Shown here: in pieces, positions 30,464 through 39,966 of the stretch
How positions within the stretch are numbered: the first letter of the stretch is position 1
How the letters are laid out: each line of letters opens with the position of its first letter
Origin: a virus
Taxonomy: Duplodnaviria; Caudoviricetes
Length of the DNA stretch: 64,000 nucleotides
Virus record (IMG/VR): IMGVR_UViG_3300047565_000101
Span: 32,001-96,000 of that record
Strand: one strand, 5' to 3'
Program-made: the position numbers and the translations under genes
Notes under the pieces: generated by a model
What the model saw: only the letters and a program-made list of their open reading frames with translations
The model's database searches: none
Told to the model about the DNA's origin: nothing

Positions 30464-30811
30464 CTAGTTTTGCCCTCCGCTTTTAAGAGCTTTCATCTCG
30501 TCCTTATAGTTTCCAATATCAAATGGATCTGGTACGAGTCCCCACTCTAGTCTTTTCTTTTGATACTCAAATTCTTCATCATCAATTTTTCTTTTGCCTG
30601 GAAGGAACTTGGGCTGACCGTCATCTATTCCGTAGCCACGAACTGCTTCTGCTAGCAAGGATATTCTTTGCTTATTGCCAATCTTTGAAGTAATTGATAG
30701 ATAGTTTCCATCATCGTCACCAATCCAGCGTCCATCTGGCATTTCCCATACGTATATGCCAAGCGTAGTCTCATCGTCAATTACCTGTTGATTTATTTTT
30801 TGAATGTCCAT
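30464..30811 (-). CDS. hypothetical protein
   Basis: Leaderless ORF upstream of the portal gene. Confidence 0.65.
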   Translation of the reverse strand: MDIQKINQQVIDDETTLGIYVWEMPDGRWIGDDDGNYLSITSKIGNKQRISLLAEAVRGYGIDDGQPKFLPGKRKIDDEEFEYQKKRLEWGLVPDPFDIGNYKDEMKALKSGGQN

Positions 30812-30873
30812 AGATATACATTCTACCATTCTTCTCTATACAAGTCCAGATTTTGTCACGTACGATGACAGAA

Positions 30874-32613
30874 TTATACGTTTTGTACAACTATCCAGTC
30901 ATTATTATAGGCTTTAACTGGGCTTTCTGTCAGCGTAATTGTCGCATCTTCAACCAGCACAAGGCTGTTTCCAGTGTATGCATTGTAATGATCCTGCGTG
31001 TCCTCTAAAGAAAACTGGTCTTCATAAGTAGCTATATTCTGATATAAAGCTTCTACGGCACCATAGAGAGAGTGGTTAAATTTAATTACATTTGAAATTG
31101 GCTGTGTAAACACTATAACAACATGATGTAGCTGGCCAGTCTTAAATACGTTAGAAACGCTTGTTTCAGATACCTTATCAACACCATTTACATATATGGC
31201 AGAAATATTAGACTTTGATATTGTGCCAGAATTTCTCCAAGAATAATTAGCAGCAAAATAATTAGTGTCCGCTACTGCTGATACTAGGCCACTATCAGTT
31301 AATGCATATGGGGTATAGAAAAATTCTAATGTATTTACAAGCATATCTGTTGTTATATAGAACCCTGAGTCTTGAACGGTCTTTACTCCATTGAGGTCAT
31401 TTCTGGACAAAATTGGATAAAGCTTGCTTCCAAGGTCAACCTCAAGAGAAGTAACATTTGAATCATCTTCAATCTTTGACAGGTAAGATGGATAATTTGT
31501 AGCATATATCTTTTGGTCATTATAGAATCGCATAGTCAAGTACGTTATCTCTGGGTTATACTTGCTATCATCTGACGTGCTTAATGTAACTCTTATATAT
31601 AGAATTCTTTCATCAGAGAAGCCCACATCACCAATTATATATTGTGGAATGGATCTTCCATTAACACACTCTACATAGGTTTCTCCATCAATACTTGTTT
31701 CTACTGTTACTAGCTCTCCGCCGTCCCATTCTATATAAGAGTCATCTATAGTCAATCCAGATGGAATAGAAATAACATCATCAAATGATACTGACTGGAT
31801 GTCGCCATTTTCAGTAGTAATTTTTAATGACTTTTTTACTTCATCATATTCTAATAAATCTGAAGCAAAGTATGAAAAGCTTTTATTTCCTGGATAGGAA
31901 TAGGAATACTGCTTTGATATTCCGTTATCAAATATCTCAAATAAATGTCCATTATTAGGAGCTACTACCTGAAGTGCTGGCATCCCGCTTCCATACACAT
32001 AGTGAACATAAATCCTGTTGCCACTAAGAGAGTACTTATATAAGGATACGCAATTTATTAAGAATGTGCCAGATGTTGCCTGACTCTTTAATGTTATAGA
32101 ATCGGCAGTAAATTTATCAGATGAAGTTTGAACAGTAGAAACAATTAAGCCATCTACGTATAGCTGAATTGAATTAATTGAATATACTGCTACAACATGA
32201 ATTACTTTATTCGGATTGGGGACATGGTATCTTATGTTTGTATGAGATACATCAAACACTAAAGATGTCTTGTCCCAGAAGACTCCGATACCTTCTACTG
32301 AATCCGCAACAATTGGCATAATAGTCGTAGACCCTAAATCATTTGGCTTAAACCAAAATTCTATTGAAAATGCATTGTAGTCATTTCCAGATGTGCCTAT
32401 GTCTGTGATCTCAGGGTACGTGGCATAACTTGAACTTGAAATACTAGTGGCAGTTAGACAGCCAGTTGTGATTGGAACAAGGTCAGTTATTCTTGTTCCA
32501 GTAAAAGTGCCATCTAAATTAAATGAAGATAAATCAGATGCTGATGATCCAGTATCATCCATCAAATAAAAAAATGACGGGCTGTCTGCTAGGACTGCTG
32601 ATTTATAGGACAT
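30874..32613 (-). CDS. virion protein with LamG/concanavalin-like domain
   Basis: FSIEFWFK, HVVAVY and LYVDG motifs. Confidence 0.7.
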   Translation of the reverse strand: MSYKSAVLADSPSFFYLMDDTGSSASDLSSFNLDGTFTGTRITDLVPITTGCLTATSISSSSYATYPEITDIGTSGNDYNAFSIEFWFKPNDLGSTTIMPIVADSVEGIGVFWDKTSLVFDVSHTNIRYHVPNPNKVIHVVAVYSINSIQLYVDGLIVSTVQTSSDKFTADSITLKSQATSGTFLINCVSLYKYSLSGNRIYVHYVYGSGMPALQVVAPNNGHLFEIFDNGISKQYSYSYPGNKSFSYFASDLLEYDEVKKSLKITTENGDIQSVSFDDVISIPSGLTIDDSYIEWDGGELVTVETSIDGETYVECVNGRSIPQYIIGDVGFSDERILYIRVTLSTSDDSKYNPEITYLTMRFYNDQKIYATNYPSYLSKIEDDSNVTSLEVDLGSKLYPILSRNDLNGVKTVQDSGFYITTDMLVNTLEFFYTPYALTDSGLVSAVADTNYFAANYSWRNSGTISKSNISAIYVNGVDKVSETSVSNVFKTGQLHHVVIVFTQPISNVIKFNHSLYGAVEALYQNIATYEDQFSLEDTQDHYNAYTGNSLVLVEDATITLTESPVKAYNNDWIVVQNV

Positions 32614-32642
32614 AAAATTATTATAGCATACCTAAAGTATTA

Positions 32643-33527
32643 TTATGTTTGAACATTAAATGCAGACAAGGTACTTCCTTGATCATGACTTGGAACCTTT
32701 ACAATACCAACTAATGTAGTTGCTGGTCTTACTTGAAGATCAGCTGTTGATGTTATTGTGTCTCCAAGCTGAGTCGACATCTGTACATCAGAATATGCTT
32801 TTATAGTTATTTCAGCCCCATTTGTTTGAACTGAAATTGCGGCTGGCAAAGAGCTCAGAGTTACCGAAGACAGGCCGTCTCCAGATGGCTCTTTTCTTAT
32901 CATTTGCAAATGATGCTCGACACCATTACAAGTTGCACAATTGCAAGAGTAAGGATTGCAAGAATAATACCCTCCACATGAAAAATATGTATATGTCGTT
33001 TGGCAATTACATGAGCTTGATGACGTGCATAAGGCAGGCCCTTGATATATTCCAGTTGTTCTGTCATAGCAATCAGAACCGCTTCTAATTGTATTTGAAT
33101 ATCCTGCCCCAGAGCATGAATAAACGTTACAACATGTCTGACAGCTTGTAGAAGAACTACTGCAAGTTTTGCAACTGTCGCAGTAACACGAACTATAACA
33201 GGTACTACAATTGCAACTGTAGGATGTTTGAGACGTATGTGCTACTGCTGCATACCATGAACCAGCAGAAGATATCCAAAATGCTATTCCTGTTCCAGCA
33301 GAAGGTTGTGCTGTTGCTGTAAAGCTAGGCCTAGAAACTTTTACGTATGAAATTGGATATTCTGATGCAGCTGTGCTTGACGATACAGTAGAGCCTGTTG
33401 ATGACCAGATGCCACTTAATTGCTTCCATCCATTTTTTAACCCAGATGATAAACTAAATGAATCAGAAAAATAAGCAAATGCCTTGAGTCTTGATGAGAC
33501 TACTGATCTTCTGCGTGACCTTATCAT
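32643..33527 (-). CDS. virion protein with Cys-rich insert (paralog of the 5680-8280 C-terminal domain)
   Basis: GIAFWISSAGSWYAA vs GVAFWVTSANSWWAA; about 20 Cys. Confidence 0.65.
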   Translation of the reverse strand: MIRSRRRSVVSSRLKAFAYFSDSFSLSSGLKNGWKQLSGIWSSTGSTVSSSTAASEYPISYVKVSRPSFTATAQPSAGTGIAFWISSAGSWYAAVAHTSQTSYSCNCSTCYSSCYCDSCKTCSSSSTSCQTCCNVYSCSGAGYSNTIRSGSDCYDRTTGIYQGPALCTSSSSCNCQTTYTYFSCGGYYSCNPYSCNCATCNGVEHHLQMIRKEPSGDGLSSVTLSSLPAAISVQTNGAEITIKAYSDVQMSTQLGDTITSTADLQVRPATTLVGIVKVPSHDQGSTLSAFNVQT

Positions 33528-34999
33528 GCATCAATATCTCCAGTTAGAATCCATGCGTTAGATGCTCTTTTTTCTAACATTACAGATGAGTACTTAGTTC
33601 TTGATTTTGTATAGCTATCAGTTGAAACTAATGTCGCTGGCGATGTAACGGAAAAGCTTAATCTTCCATCCCCCATTTGTCTGTACTCAATTGTTGATCC
33701 AATTGGAAATGTGGAATCAGTAGCATCATCTGGTATAGTTATCGTTACTGTACTTGAGTTTGTAAACTCTGTAATCTTATAAAGATCTTCAGATGCTACA
33801 GTATGCGACGTTCCAGTAATTGCAGTTCCGTATGATATTAAATTAACAAAATCTTTTGTTGCTATAACTGAGGTATCTACATTAAATGTGTTTGAGGGAT
33901 CTTCCTCTAGTCCAGTCCCCGCTGTTATTACCTGTGCAGCGTTGAACTGAGTATAGGATATATTTGTTGTTCCTATGGTAATGGTGCCAGTTGTACTTAA
34001 TATATACCCATTCCCGCCAAATGTTCCTTGTTCAACAAAACAGAAATCTCCATAAGAAAGCTCTCCAGATGGGGAATTATCTGCGTCTGTTGCTCTAGTC
34101 AAAACCCATGCGGTAGAACTATCACCAACTGTTGTAACGACATATATACCATTTTGCTTAGCATCTGTTTGACTTCTTACAAGAATTCTTTCGCCAGATG
34201 AGACTTCGTGATTATCAATTGTTAAAGCTTCATTTGTTGAATTATTTGTTAATGTAGCGCCAAATCCAGATGTTCCATTGCTATATGTAGCGGACAGATT
34301 GGAGCCTGTTGCACAATGTACCGCTGCATGAAAGTTTAATCCAGAAGCTATGTTATCTACATATGACTTGGTTGCTGCATGTAATGAAGATGTAGGGTTT
34401 GCATGTAATGTGAGAGCTCCTGTCAGAGTTCCGCCAGCAGTCGTCAGAAGTAAAGAAGTATCGGATATGCCATGGACACCAGTTGTATCAGATGAATGTG
34501 AAGAAAGCTCTGAGTCTCTAGCAATTGATGATGGGATTTGTGAATCTGGAATTAATCCGCTTGAATCAAGTGAAGCAACTCCATTTGCGCTGGCTCTGTC
34601 GGATAGAAGAATATAATCTTCAAGGCTATTATCTATATCTCCTTGAGTTATATTTGCGTATGAAAGCTCAGACCAATTGTCACCAGTTCCAAATTTAAAA
34701 TGTAGGGTATCTGTCTCTAATCCTATTTGAGTGGCAAGTAATACTGGGTCCTGTGATGTCCAGTCAGCTGCAGTTTTTCTTACTATTGTTGTTCCGCTTA
34801 CTGTTTCAATTTGCTCAAGTCTATACTCTAGCGAGTCAGATGCGCTGGATCCATTAATTCCAACCTTTGCTTCTATCGCCTCAATTGCATCATATATATT
34901 AGCATGAACCGTAGCATGATTAAATGTTGGTGAATTCAACAAAGAGCCAGCAGGTGGGTTTGAAAATGAATCTAAACTTGTAGGAAATTGAGTTGCCAT
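33524..34999 (-). CDS. fibre-like virion protein with Mtd-N-like module
   Basis: TAADWTSQDPVLL..IGLETDT and AATKSYVD motifs; C-terminal WILTGDI. Confidence 0.7.
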   Translation of the reverse strand: MATQFPTSLDSFSNPPAGSLLNSPTFNHATVHANIYDAIEAIEAKVGINGSSASDSLEYRLEQIETVSGTTIVRKTAADWTSQDPVLLATQIGLETDTLHFKFGTGDNWSELSYANITQGDIDNSLEDYILLSDRASANGVASLDSSGLIPDSQIPSSIARDSELSSHSSDTTGVHGISDTSLLLTTAGGTLTGALTLHANPTSSLHAATKSYVDNIASGLNFHAAVHCATGSNLSATYSNGTSGFGATLTNNSTNEALTIDNHEVSSGERILVRSQTDAKQNGIYVVTTVGDSSTAWVLTRATDADNSPSGELSYGDFCFVEQGTFGGNGYILSTTGTITIGTTNISYTQFNAAQVITAGTGLEEDPSNTFNVDTSVIATKDFVNLISYGTAITGTSHTVASEDLYKITEFTNSSTVTITIPDDATDSTFPIGSTIEYRQMGDGRLSFSVTSPATLVSTDSYTKSRTKYSSVMLEKRASNAWILTGDIDA

Positions 35000-35025
35000 A
35001 TAACTAAATTATACACCAAATTAGT

Positions 35026-35616
35026 TTAAATAGACCAGAACCCAGGAGATATGTACTTATATCCAGATGCTACTGGCATAGACTGATGAAAGAATGGAGG
35101 CTTAGACGGGAATATAACTATGCTGCCTGCTCTAGGCTTTATTGTAATATCTTGATCTTCAAACCTAATATGCCCGCCCTCATAATTATCATTAAGATAG
35201 CATACGACTGATATAGTCTGTGGCCCCTCAGATCCATTTGAATCAGTATGCTTTCCCATTGATGCACCTGGCTTATACTTGCTTATAGAAAGTGGAGCTA
35301 GTTTACCAATTTCAATTCCATGTTTTAGTCCGTAGTCTTCAGACGCTTCTACTATCGCATTAAAAAGCTCCCAATAAATATCGGAATAACCATCATTCTT
35401 TCTATCTGGGCTCAGGTGATCAGACATTCTCTTTTGATAGCCAAATGCTAGACTTTCATTTCCCTCGGCACCAGATGGGTACCAGGTTTTCCATTTTGGA
35501 ATAGTGGAATTAGGATCAGACAAAATATCAAGAAGCTCTATATCTTCAATAATTGATGGTCGAATCATATTATGATATACGTGAATCTTCTCATGAGGAT
35601 ACTCACAATTAAGCAT
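35026..35616 (-). CDS. 2OG-Fe(II) oxygenase, prolyl-4-hydroxylase-like
   Basis: HTD...YLNDNYEGG...H...KY. Confidence 0.9.
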   Translation of the reverse strand: MLNCEYPHEKIHVYHNMIRPSIIEDIELLDILSDPNSTIPKWKTWYPSGAEGNESLAFGYQKRMSDHLSPDRKNDGYSDIYWELFNAIVEASEDYGLKHGIEIGKLAPLSISKYKPGASMGKHTDSNGSEGPQTISVVCYLNDNYEGGHIRFEDQDITIKPRAGSIVIFPSKPPFFHQSMPVASGYKYISPGFWSI

Positions 35617-36337
35617 ACTTATTACCCTTTTCCCATTCTTCTTTTTGTTTGGCTTGAGCAATTCTAACTTGTCGCTCTTCCTCTTTCCATCTTTCAATTG
35701 TTTCATCATCATATTCAAGGTCTGCGAAGTCCCAAAATGAAACCATTGTATATCGTGTTCCCTTTGTAATCTCAGAAACACCATGAAGATTCTCTACTCC
35801 ACCAGGAAAGGTATATAAAGAATATGCATTTGGCTTAAAGGATATGTCATGCTCTGGGAAATAAAGCTGACCTCCTTCATAATCATCATTTAAATATAGT
35901 ATTGCTACATATTTATTTATTTCAAAAGCATTAGGCTCTCCATCATTATTAGAGTTGTCCGAGTGTACATTAGCAAATCCACCAACATCCCATTTCTGTG
36001 CATGCGAAGTGTTTGCACGAACTTCTCTATTAAATACAGATGTCACAGCCTCCTGGAACTTATCTTTAATATCAGAAAAGAAAGTGCCAGTAAGTCCAAA
36101 ACTTTTTAAGAACTCTGGCTCTGCCTTGATGCCTTTACCAGATGATCCATAGAATGCAATATCGCCCCAGTCTATTCCACACTCTTCAAAAAACTTGATC
36201 ATCTTTAATGCGGTTTCTGGCATTACAAAATTTGATATCTCAACAATTTTATTCTCTGGCACATTTAAGGCGCCTTTGCTATTCGGCTCATCCTTGTAGT
36301 AAATGAATTTTGACTTATCTATACTTTCAATGATCAT
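35609..36337 (-). CDS. 2OG-Fe(II) oxygenase, prolyl-4-hydroxylase-like
   Basis: HSD...YLNDDYEGG...HGV...RY. Confidence 0.9.
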   Translation of the reverse strand: MIIESIDKSKFIYYKDEPNSKGALNVPENKIVEISNFVMPETALKMIKFFEECGIDWGDIAFYGSSGKGIKAEPEFLKSFGLTGTFFSDIKDKFQEAVTSVFNREVRANTSHAQKWDVGGFANVHSDNSNNDGEPNAFEINKYVAILYLNDDYEGGQLYFPEHDISFKPNAYSLYTFPGGVENLHGVSEITKGTRYTMVSFWDFADLEYDDETIERWKEEERQVRIAQAKQKEEWEKGNKYA

Positions 36338-37011
36338 GGTTGTTTGTCTCCAGTATGCTTTAATATTGTCCAAAAGAATGGTATTACATATCTAATACCA
36401 GACTCAATCTTTGTAACCCCGTGAATATAATTCATATCTCCTGGAAAGAAGTATGCGCTTCCCTCTTTTGGCTTAAACTGAATTCCCTGATTAGGAAAGT
36501 ATAGCTCTCCGCCCTCGTAATCTTCATTTAAATAAAATAAACCAGCGATATCATACCAAGGAAAGTCATTTGGCTTTCCAGCATTATCACCTTCATGCAA
36601 TTCTTTATCTGCGTGAGGCATTTGAAGTTGACCTGGGAACCATCTTACAATAGCTGGGCTTGTTGGAATAGCATCTACCTTAAAAAAGTTATCTACTTCT
36701 ATTTTTAGTCTATCAACAAGCTTTAGTATTACTCTACTAATCTCTGGGTCCTCTTGGTCTAAAGATCTTCCTGTTGCTACTCTATCTTTCCAATACTCTG
36801 AGTCATAAATTACTGTTCCGTCTTCATTGTAATGCGTCTCAGTCACATCCCAATGAGTTATATTCTTTGCAGCATTAAGCAAAAATCGATGCTCTTCCTT
36901 TGTCATAAAACTTTCTCTGGCCTGAATGTTATTTGAAGAGTCGCCAAAGAATCCTGACGGAGTTATAGAAAATCTATTATTTGAATGATTATTAGAGTAG
37001 TTACTATTCAT
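36334..37011 (-). CDS. 2OG-Fe(II) oxygenase, prolyl-4-hydroxylase-like
   Basis: HAD...YLNEDYEGGE...HGV...RY. Confidence 0.9.
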   Translation of the reverse strand: MNSNYSNNHSNNRFSITPSGFFGDSSNNIQARESFMTKEEHRFLLNAAKNITHWDVTETHYNEDGTVIYDSEYWKDRVATGRSLDQEDPEISRVILKLVDRLKIEVDNFFKVDAIPTSPAIVRWFPGQLQMPHADKELHEGDNAGKPNDFPWYDIAGLFYLNEDYEGGELYFPNQGIQFKPKEGSAYFFPGDMNYIHGVTKIESGIRYVIPFFWTILKHTGDKQP

Positions 37012-37030
37012 ATATCTATTTTACCATTTC

Positions 37031-37762
37031 TTATTCATATGACCTTTTTGACCAAATCTTATTCTTATATACTCCGCCATTTATAACCCTATACTTCTTT
37101 GCATTTTCCATATTGCTTTTAATCATAGAATGATGGTCTGGAACTAAATAATCAGATGTCCAGTCTTCTCTTTTAAATGGAAGCATCTGCGCGTATGGTG
37201 TTCCAGCTGGTATAACTCCAGTCCATCCTTCTCTAATAAAGAATGGCATTGAGCCTGGAAGATTAACCTTGTCATTATCTATAATTCCAGCTACTGTCAT
37301 AAATGGCAGATCATATCTATTGAAAGGTGATGAGTAAAGCACACTATACCCCTCAGGAGCCTTTACAGCCCATTCTGGGAACCAAGCGAAGTGTTCCCTA
37401 TAGAAACCATAGGGGTGCTCGAATTGAGGCATCTGAGGCCTTACAGAGCAAAAATCACGATATCTCTCATCCAATACCCTGCAATCAATATTTCCGTTTT
37501 CATTCACAAAGAACTCTATATCGCATGGTGTTACTAATGCATATCCAGTTGCCATTATATCGAATAACGCTGGACAGGCCTTCCATGTAGGAACCTTACC
37601 TCCGTCTGGACCGATCCAAAAATCATTTGTTCTTGGATCTACTGCAAATCTATCAGCATCACGAAACCATGAAGGAATAAATTTAATAATTGAGCTTGGC
37701 TTGTTTATATCTGATTTATTAAGCCAAGGTCTATTTGCAATAAAATGCATTTTATTCGACAT
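37031..37762 (-). CDS. conserved hypothetical protein (beta-rich; paralog of 52338-53048)
   Basis: KACP..D.MATGY..PCDI, GIIDND and GTPYAQ.LPFKRE motifs. Confidence 0.7.
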   Translation of the reverse strand: MSNKMHFIANRPWLNKSDINKPSSIIKFIPSWFRDADRFAVDPRTNDFWIGPDGGKVPTWKACPALFDIMATGYALVTPCDIEFFVNENGNIDCRVLDERYRDFCSVRPQMPQFEHPYGFYREHFAWFPEWAVKAPEGYSVLYSSPFNRYDLPFMTVAGIIDNDKVNLPGSMPFFIREGWTGVIPAGTPYAQMLPFKREDWTSDYLVPDHHSMIKSNMENAKKYRVINGGVYKNKIWSKRSYE

Positions 37763-38474
37763 GATTTTTCCACTTACTATTGTTGACAACCTGAAGCTTT
37801 AAAGCTTTTACTTCATGTTCTCCGACCTTTTCGCCTTTTTCATTGACTGCATCTCTATACCAGTCTGTCCATTTCCCAGCCTTATTTATTACTTGAGCAG
37901 CTTCGCCATAAGATCTTAATCTATTATTATATTCATCATTTTCAATAAAGTCTAATATCTCTACGGACTCTTCTTTCAAAGATGTTAATGATATAGGTAT
38001 TATAGTTGCAATTGGCTGACCTGCTTTGATTGTAATAACCTTATTTGGCGTTCTAGCTTTTATTGCTAAAGGAAACTCTGCCTCTAGAAATGAAGTGCTT
38101 ATCAATGAAGATATCACTTCAAAATCTTCATAAAAATAGTTCTGCGGAGTAATTGTTAATACGCTTATATTTTTATCTGACCTCAATATTAAACCAGTAT
38201 TAAAGCTTACACTAGACTGCCCTCTGCCTGTATATGTTTTATCAGCACCGTCTAATATTTGAATATGGTCTGATCCAGTATCATTTATGCCATCCCAAAT
38301 AAAACTAACGTCATAAGGGGCAGAAAGAGTCCATCCGATAGTATTTGCAGTTGTTACAGGATAGCAATGATATGCATGTCTGGCTGGTGTTTCCTCCATC
38401 CAGTCTCTTTGAGCTGATAACGGCTGTATCACCAGAGCATCATCGTGTCTTTTGTATGCCCTTAATATAGACAT
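37752..38474 (-). CDS. DUF6065-like protein
   Basis: RDWM...AYHCYP..AN..GW and GQPIA motifs. Confidence 0.6.
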   Translation of the reverse strand: MSILRAYKRHDDALVIQPLSAQRDWMEETPARHAYHCYPVTTANTIGWTLSAPYDVSFIWDGINDTGSDHIQILDGADKTYTGRGQSSVSFNTGLILRSDKNISVLTITPQNYFYEDFEVISSLISTSFLEAEFPLAIKARTPNKVITIKAGQPIATIIPISLTSLKEESVEILDFIENDEYNNRLRSYGEAAQVINKAGKWTDWYRDAVNEKGEKVGEHEVKALKLQVVNNSKWKNHVE

Positions 38475-39157
38475 TAAGATCCAGTTTCTTGATAGAACTC
38501 TGGCTTGTGATACTTATCGCTGTAATCAAGCATTGTTACTAATGAATACTTTGTGCCACTAAGTACTTTCTTTGCCTGATGAGGATACATAAAGTTTGAT
38601 GGGAATAGTACTGTGTCTCCAGCCTTTGGCTTGTAGTTTACTCCCTGGAGCCTGAAGAATATTTCTCCACCTTCATAATCGTCATTCAAATATGTAACAA
38701 GAGAAAGTGTGCAATTATAGGAATATCCATGATCATGGTGTTCCATAAAGTGCTGACCTTCTCCATATCTAATAAAATTAAAAGCTTCCCAATATCTTAA
38801 ATTATTGATGTTAAATCTTTTTGAGTAGTCTTCTACGGCTGGAAACTGTGCATCATAGCAATCTTGCCATATTTGCTGAAGCTTAAGAGAGGCATCTGAA
38901 GGATCCCCAGCTATATCTGATTTCTTAAACTTAAAGTCAACGCAATCTCTATACTCTGGCATTCTCTGTCTATATCCGACATATGCATCTTCCCACTTAT
39001 ACTGATTAGCTTTACTATTTAGAACATCTTCTAATCTATTAATAACATCAAGCTCTGGCTTTACTGTATCATGATAGACTAAAATTCCAGCACCTACTTC
39101 TTCTACACTACTCCATGTTGGAACTATAGTTGAGCTATTTGATGCATTTACATCCAT
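38474..39157 (-). CDS. 2OG-Fe(II) oxygenase, prolyl-4-hydroxylase-like
   Basis: HHD...YLNDDYEGGE...FPSNFMYPH...KY. Confidence 0.9.
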   Translation of the reverse strand: MDVNASNSSTIVPTWSSVEEVGAGILVYHDTVKPELDVINRLEDVLNSKANQYKWEDAYVGYRQRMPEYRDCVDFKFKKSDIAGDPSDASLKLQQIWQDCYDAQFPAVEDYSKRFNINNLRYWEAFNFIRYGEGQHFMEHHDHGYSYNCTLSLVTYLNDDYEGGEIFFRLQGVNYKPKAGDTVLFPSNFMYPHQAKKVLSGTKYSLVTMLDYSDKYHKPEFYQETGS

Positions 39158-39897
39158 TATATAACCTGTCCATTCTGATTAATTCTAACACCATAAAGAT
39201 TGTCTTTATGGGCTAAGTCATTGATATCCATCATTACAACTACGCAATACTTAGTTCCAGATTTAATTGGAAGTGATGCATGCTCGTATGCATAGTTAGA
39301 TGGGAATATTGCTATATCTCCATACCCTGGCTTTACAGTAGTATTATCAAGTCTAGGGAAAAATATCTCTCCGCCCTCGTAATCTTCATTTAAATATATT
39401 ACAGCAGATACTGCACACTTATACATAGGTCCATCATCTGCATGGATTCTAAAGTGCTTGCCCTCTCCTTCATACTTTACAAAGTTAAAGATCTCATAGA
39501 AATTAACATTAATTCCCCAGTATCTTGCGTAGTCATCTACGCATCTTCTAAGTCCATTAAAAATCTCATCATAGATTTCATGTAGCTCTGCGTTTGATTC
39601 ATTCTTTTCTCCGAGAGACTTATGATTCATTTTAAAATCAACACAATCTCTTGCCTTCTTAACAGGAGCATCATCATTAGTCACTTTTGCTTCGTTCCAT
39701 CGATATGAACCATTGCTATCAAGATACTTATTTAAAACATCAATATACTTGTCAATCTTATCTTTAGAAAATGCATGATGATAAACATTAAGCCCAAAAC
39801 CTGGATTAGATACACGAATTCCATCAAAATTTTTATCTGGCATTCTTGTGCCAGTAGACTCTGTTCTATCTTTTTCAAACCACTCGTTATTTTCCAT
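39157..39897 (-). CDS. 2OG-Fe(II) oxygenase, prolyl-4-hydroxylase-like
   Basis: HAD...YLNEDYEGGE...FPSNYAYEH...KY. Confidence 0.9.
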   Translation of the reverse strand: MENNEWFEKDRTESTGTRMPDKNFDGIRVSNPGFGLNVYHHAFSKDKIDKYIDVLNKYLDSNGSYRWNEAKVTNDDAPVKKARDCVDFKMNHKSLGEKNESNAELHEIYDEIFNGLRRCVDDYARYWGINVNFYEIFNFVKYEGEGKHFRIHADDGPMYKCAVSAVIYLNEDYEGGEIFFPRLDNTTVKPGYGDIAIFPSNYAYEHASLPIKSGTKYCVVVMMDINDLAHKDNLYGVRINQNGQVI

Positions 39898-39966
39898 TGT
39901 AGCCTCCAATACACATTATAGCATTTGTGATTTTCGGTTACAATAGGTTTTAATGCAGTTTATAGC

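Noticed and set aside
28881-32613. Terminase gene expected next to the portal
   Set aside because: No terminase motifs in the window; presumably located elsewhere, so not claimed as a loss
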